A stretch of DNA of 30,389 bases, taken from positions 1-30,389 of IMG/VR virus record IMGVR_UViG_3300021960_000334. The stretch is one strand, 5' to 3'. This DNA comes from a virus. Its lineage: Duplodnaviria > Caudoviricetes. A program made the translations under genes and the position numbers. Each line of letters opens with the position of its first letter. Position 1 is the first letter of the stretch. The notes below the pieces were generated by a model. That model was not told where the DNA came from. It saw nothing but the letters and a program-made list of their open reading frames with translations, and searched no databases. This document shows, piece by piece, positions 1 to 7,602 of the stretch.

Positions 1-2
1 AC

Positions 3-431
3 CCACCTAGTGCAATTAGTCCGAGCATTAACGCAAGTAATAGTGACTTATGTATGGTAGGAGTTAGTGGAGCAGTACAGACACAGATACTAGGTATCAG
101 TACAGGACAGGCTTACTCAGATGAGAATTGTATGAGATTAAAGAATGCGAAGGTACTCTATGATATGGGTATGAAAGTAGCAGCAGTTGCTTTAATGTGC
201 CAAACTAGGTCGGTATACGACGCAATGAAATTTGCAGGAACTCCCTGCCCGATAAATAATCCTGTAACAGGTGAAGGGTTAATAGGACAAGAAGCTACAG
301 CAGAGTGGAGGTTAAATCCTAAAAAGGTTCCGCCTAAACCACCTGCTTCTAATATGAACAGAGGAGTATTCCTTGAGAAATTGGTTGGTGGCATTATGGG
401 TGTGTTGCTTCTCGCTATCCTCGTTATCTGA
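3..431 (+). CDS. 5'-truncated Cys-containing hypothetical membrane protein (first gene of envelope module)
   Basis: Frame is open from the window edge (PPSAISPSINASNSDLCMVGVSG...). Four Cys and a hydrophobic C-terminus (IMGVLLLAILVI). Confidence 0.8.
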   Translation, partial: PPSAISPSINASNSDLCMVGVSGAVQTQILGISTGQAYSDENCMRLKNAKVLYDMGMKVAAVALMCQTRSVYDAMKFAGTPCPINNPVTGEGLIGQEATAEWRLNPKKVPPKPPASNMNRGVFLEKLVGGIMGVLLLAILVI

Positions 432-1827
432 CCCAGAGATAATTGAGCATCAGATAGCAGATGATGGTTGGGTGGAAGTACCTCTTGACTTTACCTTTCC
501 TTTTTATGGAAATATGTATGTAACAAGTTTTATGTTTTCCAACGGTGTAGTTGGTTTCTTAGAGCCAAATCCTCAAGACTGGGGTTTATGTTGTGATGGT
601 CAAGACTTAAACAACTTTACAGGAAGTAAATTTAACTACACCATTATGCCTTGGCATACAGATTTAATAGACACAGGTATAGGTAGATTTTATACACAAG
701 GTGATGAAACATACCAGAAGTATATGTGGAAAGATTTGTCAGAGTATTACGACAGAAACACAAGCAATACATTTGACTTGACAATATACCCAATGGGTAA
801 CATAGAAGTTAATTACGAAACTGTACACATAAAGAATCACGGAGTAACAGTAGGTGTAGTTGGAGATTTAAGTGCAGGTGAATATGAACAATGGTTCTAT
901 AATGCACCTAATCAGAATGGAGCAATATACTGGGATAGTCAACAAGCAGACCCAGTAGAAATAGCAAGCGGAGAAAGCGTATGCAGTGTAATACCAGACA
1001 GTCATATCAGTTGTTTATACTACCCACAAGTCTATGCTGATAATGTGTATAATCAACAATGTGCATTGGACCCTTTGTACGATTACGGTTGTGATGGATG
1101 GAGTGATGCTTACATAGATGAATATGTTGAGGAAGATGTACCAGAAGTTTGGGAGGATGATGAGGAAAGTATTGAATCAATATTCGTCTTGGAAGAGCCA
1201 GAGGTTTTTCAAGTAATAGAAATAGAACCGTTGGATGATTACACTTTAATTGCTACTACAATAGAAGAAGCTATACCAGAAATGGAAGACTTGTTTGAAG
1301 AGATAGCACAGGAAGAATTAATAGAAGAAATAGAAGCAGAGTTAGAAGAATTCCTAGAGCCAGAGTTAGAAGAAGAACCTTTAGAAGAACCAATAGAAGA
1401 GGAACTTGATGAGCCAGAGCCAGAAGAAGACACCGTACAAGAAGAACAAACAGAAGAAGAGCCAGAACAAGAGGCGATAGTAGAAGTTGTAGAAGAGCCC
1501 AAGCTAGTACAGAAAAAGAAAGAGGCTAGTAAGAAAGAAAAGATGCGTGAGATTATAGGTAACAAGCTAAAGAATCTTGCAGTAGAAATGGGCGAAGCTG
1601 CATCACTAGAGGAACAACAAAAACTACAAAGCCTAATACTTGCACTCTTAAACTTTAATGCTGGATTCAACAGCTACAACACACAACTACTTATTGATGG
1701 TGTGTTTTATAAAGACAAGGGTATATATTTAGACAAGGATATACCAGACAATCAAAGAGGATTAAGAAACGGTTTGGCTAACGAAATACTACATAATAAA
1801 TTAATGGACTTGCAATGGCAGAAGTAG
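373..1827 (+). CDS. Putative exported protein: signal peptide, NIDO-like domain, Glu-rich linker
   Basis: GAGGAG at 361-366 precedes the TTG start. Hydrophobic N-terminus; DDGWVEVPLDFTFPFYG...FSNGVVGF and PWHTDL resemble the NIDO N-terminal motifs; long E/P-rich tract. Confidence 0.75.
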   Translation: MRNWLVALWVCCFSLSSLSDPEIIEHQIADDGWVEVPLDFTFPFYGNMYVTSFMFSNGVVGFLEPNPQDWGLCCDGQDLNNFTGSKFNYTIMPWHTDLIDTGIGRFYTQGDETYQKYMWKDLSEYYDRNTSNTFDLTIYPMGNIEVNYETVHIKNHGVTVGVVGDLSAGEYEQWFYNAPNQNGAIYWDSQQADPVEIASGESVCSVIPDSHISCLYYPQVYADNVYNQQCALDPLYDYGCDGWSDAYIDEYVEEDVPEVWEDDEESIESIFVLEEPEVFQVIEIEPLDDYTLIATTIEEAIPEMEDLFEEIAQEELIEEIEAELEEFLEPELEEEPLEEPIEEELDEPEPEEDTVQEEQTEEEPEQEAIVEVVEEPKLVQKKKEASKKEKMREIIGNKLKNLAVEMGEAASLEEQQKLQSLILALLNFNAGFNSYNTQLLIDGVFYKDKGIYLDKDIPDNQRGLRNGLANEILHNKLMDLQWQK

Positions 1828-2366
1828 AATACGGTGGGATTAAAGTAGGTGGTAGTAAGTTACTATTAATCATTCCTTTAATTGGTACAGTACTAGGTGG
1901 TGCTTGGGGCGGATTTGAAGTGTACCAAAGATACCTAGACATGGAAGCCAAAATAGATTCTTACATTGCACCCGATTTGTCAGGCATAGAAAAAGACTTA
2001 GCAGTTATAAACGAACATATGTCTACAGTAAATACACATATGGAGTTTGTCAGTAAAGAGATTGATTTGTTTAAAGAAGAACTAGACTTGATTAAAGCAA
2101 ATGTTGATGAACAGATTACATATGTGAAAGAAGTAAAAAAGGATGTTAGAGAAGACATGAGACACCTTGAAAGTATTGTTAATGATGTAGAAACTAAGTT
2201 GCAAAAACAAAAAGAAAATTTAGCAACAATGATTGACAACGCTGACACAAGGTTTGACCAAAGAAGAGATGCTCTTTATTCTGATACGGATAGAAAGATT
2301 AAAGAAGTAGAAGATAGACTTAACACAAGACTACAAAGAGCCTTAGACAACCCATTAGCAAACTAG
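1815..2366 (+). CDS. N-terminally anchored coiled-coil membrane protein
   Basis: TM segment LLLIIPLIGTVLGGAWGGF followed by about 130 aa of heptad-like helix; overlaps the upstream stop. Confidence 0.8.
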   Translation: MAEVEYGGIKVGGSKLLLIIPLIGTVLGGAWGGFEVYQRYLDMEAKIDSYIAPDLSGIEKDLAVINEHMSTVNTHMEFVSKEIDLFKEELDLIKANVDEQITYVKEVKKDVREDMRHLESIVNDVETKLQKQKENLATMIDNADTRFDQRRDALYSDTDRKIKEVEDRLNTRLQRALDNPLAN

Positions 2367-2375
2367 GAAAATAAT

Positions 2376-2483
2376 ATGCCATACGGACCCGGAACATACG
2401 GAAGTAAAAGAGGTAGACCACCTGTTAAAAAAACTGGTAAGAAAAAAGCTATGACTAAACGACCACATATGAAGAAAAAATAA
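2376..2483 (+). CDS. 35-aa basic peptide (absent from ORF track)
   Basis: MPYGPGTYGSKRGRPPVKKTGKKKAMTKRPHMKKK; AGGA upstream; TAATG coupling to the next gene. Confidence 0.75.
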   Translation: MPYGPGTYGSKRGRPPVKKTGKKKAMTKRPHMKKK

Positions 2484-2743
2484 TGGCTAAAGACTCAAGA
2501 CTAACTAGAGCTGGGGTCTCTGGATACAACAAACCAAAGCGTACACCTAGTCACAAAACTAAAAGCCACGTTGTTGTAGCCAAGGAAGGTGGTAAAGTTA
2601 AGACTATTAGATTTGGACAACAAGGAGTTTCTGGTGACAGAACTGCTACTAAAAGGTCAGCATCATTTAAAGCAAGACACGCTAAGAATATTAAGAAAGG
2701 TAAGATGTCTGCTGCTTATTGGGCTAACAAAGTGAAGTGGTAA
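2483..2743 (+). CDS. 86-aa basic protein (KTIRFGQQG / YWANKVKW family, DUF5754-like)
   Basis: Very K/R-rich; TAATG overlaps at both ends. Family name is from recollection. Confidence 0.8.
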   Translation: MAKDSRLTRAGVSGYNKPKRTPSHKTKSHVVVAKEGGKVKTIRFGQQGVSGDRTATKRSASFKARHAKNIKKGKMSAAYWANKVKW

Positions 2744-2874
2744 TGGCTAGACGAGGATTGTACGCAAACATTAACGCTAGGAAAAAAGCTGGCACAAGTA
2801 GAAGCAAAAAGAAATCTACCATTAGCAAGAAAGCCTATGCTAATATGAAAAGAGGATTTAAAAAAAATGAATGA
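2743..2874 (+). CDS. 43-aa basic peptide (absent from ORF track)
   Basis: MARRGLYANINARKKAGTSRSKKKSTISKKAYANMKRGFKKNE; coupled to both neighbours. Confidence 0.75.
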   Translation: MARRGLYANINARKKAGTSRSKKKSTISKKAYANMKRGFKKNE

Positions 2875-3076
2875 TGAGCTTAGTAGAATGCAATTACAAT
2901 TAGACAAACACTCAGGCCAAATAGCAAAGCTGTTTAGCAAGATTGATGACACTAATTTATGTATACAAAAGATTAATACTTCTTTAATGCAAATTAAATG
3001 GGGTGTCTTTGGTGCATTTGCTTGGTACATAATAGGGCAAGTAGGGATTATAGAGGCAATGAGGTTAACAATATGA
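2867..3076 (+). CDS. Small coiled-coil + C-terminal TM protein (XhlA/holin-like)
   Basis: Heptad N-terminus followed by hydrophobic WGVFGAFAWYIIG; AGAGG upstream. Confidence 0.6.
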   Translation: MNDELSRMQLQLDKHSGQIAKLFSKIDDTNLCIQKINTSLMQIKWGVFGAFAWYIIGQVGIIEAMRLTI

Positions 3077-3510
3077 TAGCATTTTTAACTAATGTAGCAC
3101 CAATAGCACTAGGTTTTGTGGCTAAGTTGTTTGCATTAAAAAGTCAAGCAGCACAAGAACAACAAAAGCTAATGATACAGTCGTTGCAAGTGCGTAACGA
3201 TTCTATTAACATGGCAAGAGATAGAGCAGACAAAGAAAGCCCAATGGCTGCACTTAACAGACGTGTAATTATATTTGTCATATTAGCTTTAATTATATTT
3301 ACACAAGTAGCTCCGGTGTTTTTTAATGTACCAACAGTAATACCTACTGTAATAGAAGGAGCAAGCATACTTGGATTTGAGTTGACACCTGACACAATAG
3401 AGTATGTAACTGTACAAGCAGGTGCTGTGCTCAAGTTTGATGAAGTATTTGCTTGGGCTACTATGATTATAGAGTTCTATTTTGGAGCTCAATTAGCTAA
3501 AGGAAAATAA
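3073..3510 (+). CDS. Putative 3-TM holin (GTA holin-like)
   Basis: Start moved to ATG 3073 (GAGG upstream, ATGA overlap). Three hydrophobic segments ending in IIEFYFG. Confidence 0.55.
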   Translation: MIAFLTNVAPIALGFVAKLFALKSQAAQEQQKLMIQSLQVRNDSINMARDRADKESPMAALNRRVIIFVILALIIFTQVAPVFFNVPTVIPTVIEGASILGFELTPDTIEYVTVQAGAVLKFDEVFAWATMIIEFYFGAQLAKGK

Positions 3511-3511
3511 C

Positions 3512-4132
3512 ATGGCATTAGAATCGACAACATATATAGATGGGTTAGTAGCAACAAACCCTACAGGCACAGACCCAAGGAGTCAAGGTGATGACCACAT
3601 AAGACTAGTTAAGTCTGCGGTCAAAGCTACATTCCCAAGTATTACTGGTGCTGTAACATCCACACATACAGAATTAAATAAATTAGATGGTTATACTGGT
3701 ACAACAACAGAGTTAAACTACAATGATGTACCAACTCTAGGTACAGTAGAAGCCTCAAGAACGGTAACTGCTGATGCTGTAGGTACAACTAAGAAATTAA
3801 AGACACAAGAGCAAACAGAGATTGTTAATGCTATTGGCACAGTTAGCACATCAACTGCAATTAACTTTACATTAGGCAACGTAGTGACTGCTGTACTTGC
3901 AAGTGGTGGAGCATTTACAATCACTAACGCACCAAGTTCTGGTATATATGGCAAGTTTAAATTAATACTAACTAATGGTGGTACAGTAGCAGACCCTTGG
4001 CCTGCAAGCGTTAAGTTTGCTGGTGGCACTACACCTACACTAACAACAAGCGGAATAGACATTCTTACATTTGAAACGATTGACAACGGTGCTAACTGGT
4101 ATGCAGTTGTTGATGGTTTAAACATGAGCTAA
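3512..4132 (+). CDS. Short tail fibre/tail protein
   Basis: N-terminus MALES.TYI..LV.TNP...D..SQGDDHIRL.K.A.K.TFP matches the LUZ24/PaP3-like fibre anchor as recalled; Thr/Gly-rich; C-terminal WPASVKFAGG..PTLT..ID module. Confidence 0.7.
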   Translation: MALESTTYIDGLVATNPTGTDPRSQGDDHIRLVKSAVKATFPSITGAVTSTHTELNKLDGYTGTTTELNYNDVPTLGTVEASRTVTADAVGTTKKLKTQEQTEIVNAIGTVSTSTAINFTLGNVVTAVLASGGAFTITNAPSSGIYGKFKLILTNGGTVADPWPASVKFAGGTTPTLTTSGIDILTFETIDNGANWYAVVDGLNMS

Positions 4133-4135
4133 TAA

Positions 4136-5683
4136 ATGCCGGCACAAATAACAGTATTAAATCCTACAGGTATTAATAGAGACATTGACTCGTATGAACT
4201 ACCAGAGACGCAATGGTCTGATGGTAATAATATACAATTTGACAATGACAAAACTGCCAAGGTATTAGGACAACAACAAGTATTTGGTACACCCACGGTA
4301 GCACCTTACTGGTTATTACCTTTTAACACTACAACTACTGATTACTGGCTCTACCCTAGTCTAACTAAAATATACAGAGTAAGCACATCTGGAATTACAA
4401 CAACACACTCTGACATAACACGCACAAGTGGCGGTGATTATTCAGCTACTGCTGATAAAGGATGGAATGGCGGAGTCTTAGGTGGTGTAGCTATACTCAA
4501 CAACGGTGTTGATGACCCACAAATGTTAGGCTCAACTTCATCTGCTTGTGCAGACCTTACTAACTGGCCAGCAAGCACAAGCTGTCAAGTTATCAGGCCT
4601 TTTAAAAGATTCTTAGTAGCACTAGACACAACAGAGTCAGGCACACGTTACCCATTTAGAGTTAAATGGTCACATCCAGCAGAGGGTGGTACAGTACCTA
4701 CAACTTGGGACCCAGCAGATGCAAGTAAAGATGCTGGCTATGTAGATTTATCACAGTCTAATGGTTATGTAATAGATTGTTTGCCACTAGGTGACGTTAA
4801 TATTATATATAAAGAAGATTCAATATGGTCTATGGCATTTGAAGGCGGGCAGTCTATATTTGGATTTAGGCAACTCTTTGATGATGTTGGTATCCTAGGT
4901 AGGCACTGTGCAAAAAGTTTCGATAATAAGCATTTTGTGGTCTCTGAGGATGATGTATATATACATGATGGACAGACTAAGCAGTCAATCGTAGACCAAC
5001 AAATTAGAGATGAGTTGTTTAACTCTATGCACCCAGACTACAAGACGAGAACATTTGTAGCTGCTGACAGAGAAAAGAATGAGATGTGGGTATGTTTTGT
5101 ATCTAACACTAATGACACAAATGCATTTGCAGACACTGCTTATGTATATAACTTTAGAAACAACAGCTGGTCTAAGAGAGATTTACCATATGTAAGTTAC
5201 ATTTCTTGGGGCATTGTAGACACAGTGAGTACAAGTGACTGGTCAGAGTCAGGAGACTGGGACACAGACAGTGAGTCTTGGGATTCACCACTTAAACCTA
5301 CACTACTACTAGCAGCAACAAGCTCTACTAAATTATATGTATTAGGTAGTAATCAAAACGCAGGTACAAACTTTAGAGCATATGTAGAAAAAGAACATAT
5401 GAATTTAGGTTATCCGGGAACAAAGACAATACAGAAAATTGTACCAAGAATAAGCGGTACAGGTTCTATAGATTTTTATGTGGGTCAAGAGATGATGCCA
5501 CACGAAGGCACGACATGGAAAGGACCGTATACATTTACTAGTGGTGTGCATTCAGAGATACCGGTAAGAGCTACAGGAAATTACTTAGGAATTAGGGCAG
5601 AGTCTACTGATGCAAACACATGGTCATTAGCTAACTTAGAAGTACACTGGAGTCCGTCAGGTAATAGAGGTAGGGGTGTATGA
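4136..5683 (+). CDS. Tail nozzle / DNA stabilisation protein (P22 gp10-like)
   Basis: 515 aa, Trp/beta-rich propeller-like sequence (RVKWSH, KNEMWVCF, YVYNFRNNSWS); position in the tail cluster. Confidence 0.7.
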   Translation: MPAQITVLNPTGINRDIDSYELPETQWSDGNNIQFDNDKTAKVLGQQQVFGTPTVAPYWLLPFNTTTTDYWLYPSLTKIYRVSTSGITTTHSDITRTSGGDYSATADKGWNGGVLGGVAILNNGVDDPQMLGSTSSACADLTNWPASTSCQVIRPFKRFLVALDTTESGTRYPFRVKWSHPAEGGTVPTTWDPADASKDAGYVDLSQSNGYVIDCLPLGDVNIIYKEDSIWSMAFEGGQSIFGFRQLFDDVGILGRHCAKSFDNKHFVVSEDDVYIHDGQTKQSIVDQQIRDELFNSMHPDYKTRTFVAADREKNEMWVCFVSNTNDTNAFADTAYVYNFRNNSWSKRDLPYVSYISWGIVDTVSTSDWSESGDWDTDSESWDSPLKPTLLLAATSSTKLYVLGSNQNAGTNFRAYVEKEHMNLGYPGTKTIQKIVPRISGTGSIDFYVGQEMMPHEGTTWKGPYTFTSGVHSEIPVRATGNYLGIRAESTDANTWSLANLEVHWSPSGNRGRGV

Positions 5684-6396
5684 GTATAAGGTACACTAAG
5701 TCACCAGTACCTAGTAATCCAGAGGATATACCAGCTTACTTACAAGCAGAGCTAGACAAAATATCTGCTGTAATAGGCAACATAGCTGATGGAAATATAG
5801 AAGTATCTAATGTAGAACCACCTAAGCCAAGAGAGGGAGACCTTAGGTATGCTGATGGTACAAACTGGAATCCGGGTCAAGGTAATAACTTTTATTATTT
5901 TGATGGTACAGATTGGAGAGCATATACTGGTGGAAGTGGTGCAGGAGATTTTGCTAACTTTGGAAGTGCGGTTGACCAAACAGCAGCAGCTATAAATACT
6001 GCCTATCCAATTACTTGGGATTTAACAGGGCCTAAGCAGGGAATTTCTTTGAATGGAAGTGACACTTCTAAGATAGAATTTACACACGCTGGTACATATC
6101 ACATTACTCTTGTAGTAACAGTGTCATCTGGTTCAGCTTCTACAAAGACAATAGAAATATGGCCTAGAGTAAACGGAGTAAACATTGCAAATTCTGGAAT
6201 AGTAAGTACAGCACACGAGAATGGGCAGAAGAAAGTATTAGCTAAAAGTGTAATGTTTACCGTAAGTGCAGGAGATTATTTACAAGCTATGTGGGCAGTG
6301 GATGATACGGATTTATTGCTAGAGCATGAGAATGCATCAGCATTTGCACCAGCAGTATCTAGTTCAACTATAAATATATTACAAGTGAGTCAATGA
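5680..6396 (+). CDS. Tail-associated protein with C-terminal C1q/TNF-like beta domain
   Basis: PaP3/LUZ24-like N-terminus (YLQAEL..I...PPKPREGDLRYADG); C-terminus has AGTYHITL...AGDYLQ. Confidence 0.55.
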   Translation: MSIRYTKSPVPSNPEDIPAYLQAELDKISAVIGNIADGNIEVSNVEPPKPREGDLRYADGTNWNPGQGNNFYYFDGTDWRAYTGGSGAGDFANFGSAVDQTAAAINTAYPITWDLTGPKQGISLNGSDTSKIEFTHAGTYHITLVVTVSSGSASTKTIEIWPRVNGVNIANSGIVSTAHENGQKKVLAKSVMFTVSAGDYLQAMWAVDDTDLLLEHENASAFAPAVSSSTINILQVSQ

Positions 6397-6806
6397 TTGA
6401 AGGGATTAAGGGAGAGAGTGTAGAGGCTTGGTGGCCTCTCGTTGAAGAATACTTGATTGCAGCATTGAAACATGGTTTAGGGGAGTATAGTATTAATGAC
6501 ATAAAAAGTGCTTGTAAATCAAAGAATATGCAGCTCTGGGTAAAAATAGGTACAGAAGTAGAAGGTGCTTTTGTTACAAAGATAAGCAAATATCCACAGA
6601 AAAACATATTATGTGTATTATTATTAGGTGGAAAAGAATTTATAACATGGAGAGATGAAGCAGATGCACTCCTAAATGCATTTGGAAAAGAAAATAACTG
6701 TGAGTATGTAGAACTATTTGGTCGTAAAGGATGGGGAAAGATGCTTAAGGATATTAACTATAAAGAACAAACAAGATTATTTGCAAAGGAGATAAATAAT
6801 GTCTAA
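6393..6806 (+). CDS. GNAT-fold virion assembly protein (T7 gp13-like position)
   Basis: 137 aa with LLGG...CEYVELFGRKGW; lies between tail and ejection genes. Confidence 0.55.
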   Translation: MIEGIKGESVEAWWPLVEEYLIAALKHGLGEYSINDIKSACKSKNMQLWVKIGTEVEGAFVTKISKYPQKNILCVLLLGGKEFITWRDEADALLNAFGKENNCEYVELFGRKGWGKMLKDINYKEQTRLFAKEINNV

Positions 6807-7593
6807 AGGTGACAATCAAAGTTCAGTAAATGCAGACCCTTGGGATGTTGCTATACCTTATATAGAAAGCGGTTTTAAAGAAGCTGCTAATTTATATAAT
6901 AATAACACCCCACAATATTACACTGGACAAACACAAGCTGGGTTTACACCAGACCAACTAACAGCACAGCAGGGCATTAGAGATTTTGCAACTCAAGGTG
7001 CTCCTAGTATAATGAATCCTGCATTAAGTGCATATCAGCAAGGTACTAGTGCTAACATGCTAGATGTAGCTAACAACCCATATGTAAATGATATGGCACA
7101 AGCAGCAGCAGATAGAGCAATGGCAGGTGTTCAAGATAATTTAGCAAGTATTAGAGGCGGTGCTATTATGTCAGGTGGCTATGGTGGTGGAAGACAAGGT
7201 ATTGCAGAGGGTAATGCAATAGCAGGAGCTGCCGATGCAGCTAACCAAGCAGCAGCACAAATATATAGCAATGCATACGGTCAAGGATTAGGACATCAGG
7301 CTAATACATTAGGTATGACAGGAAGTCTTATGGGTGCAGGTTTTCAACCTTATGGTGCTTTAGGTGCATCTGGTCAACAACAGCAACAAAGAGAACAATC
7401 ACTTATACAAGATGCGATGGCTCAACAAGAGTTTGAGCAAAACTTACCTTACCAACAACTGCAACAATATCAAGCAGGTATTACTCCTTATGCAAGTCTT
7501 GTTGGTGGAGCAGGTCAGAAAGTTAGCACAACTCCGGGTCGTACTCCATTAGAAAACATGGGTACTTTAGCTTCATTGTATGGTTTATTTTAA
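6799..7593 (+). CDS. Internal virion / DNA-transfer protein (P22 gp7-like)
   Basis: A/G/Q-rich; NPY, GGYGGGRQG; AAGGAG RBS. Confidence 0.65.
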   Translation: MSKGDNQSSVNADPWDVAIPYIESGFKEAANLYNNNTPQYYTGQTQAGFTPDQLTAQQGIRDFATQGAPSIMNPALSAYQQGTSANMLDVANNPYVNDMAQAAADRAMAGVQDNLASIRGGAIMSGGYGGGRQGIAEGNAIAGAADAANQAAAQIYSNAYGQGLGHQANTLGMTGSLMGAGFQPYGALGASGQQQQQREQSLIQDAMAQQEFEQNLPYQQLQQYQAGITPYASLVGGAGQKVSTTPGRTPLENMGTLASLYGLF

Positions 7594-7602
7594 GGAGTAA
7601 CA

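Noticed and set aside
1239-1670. Ser-rich antisense ORF and other shadow ORFs opposite real genes
   Set aside because: Mirror of GAA-rich or biased codons; wrong strand for the arm and no RBS.
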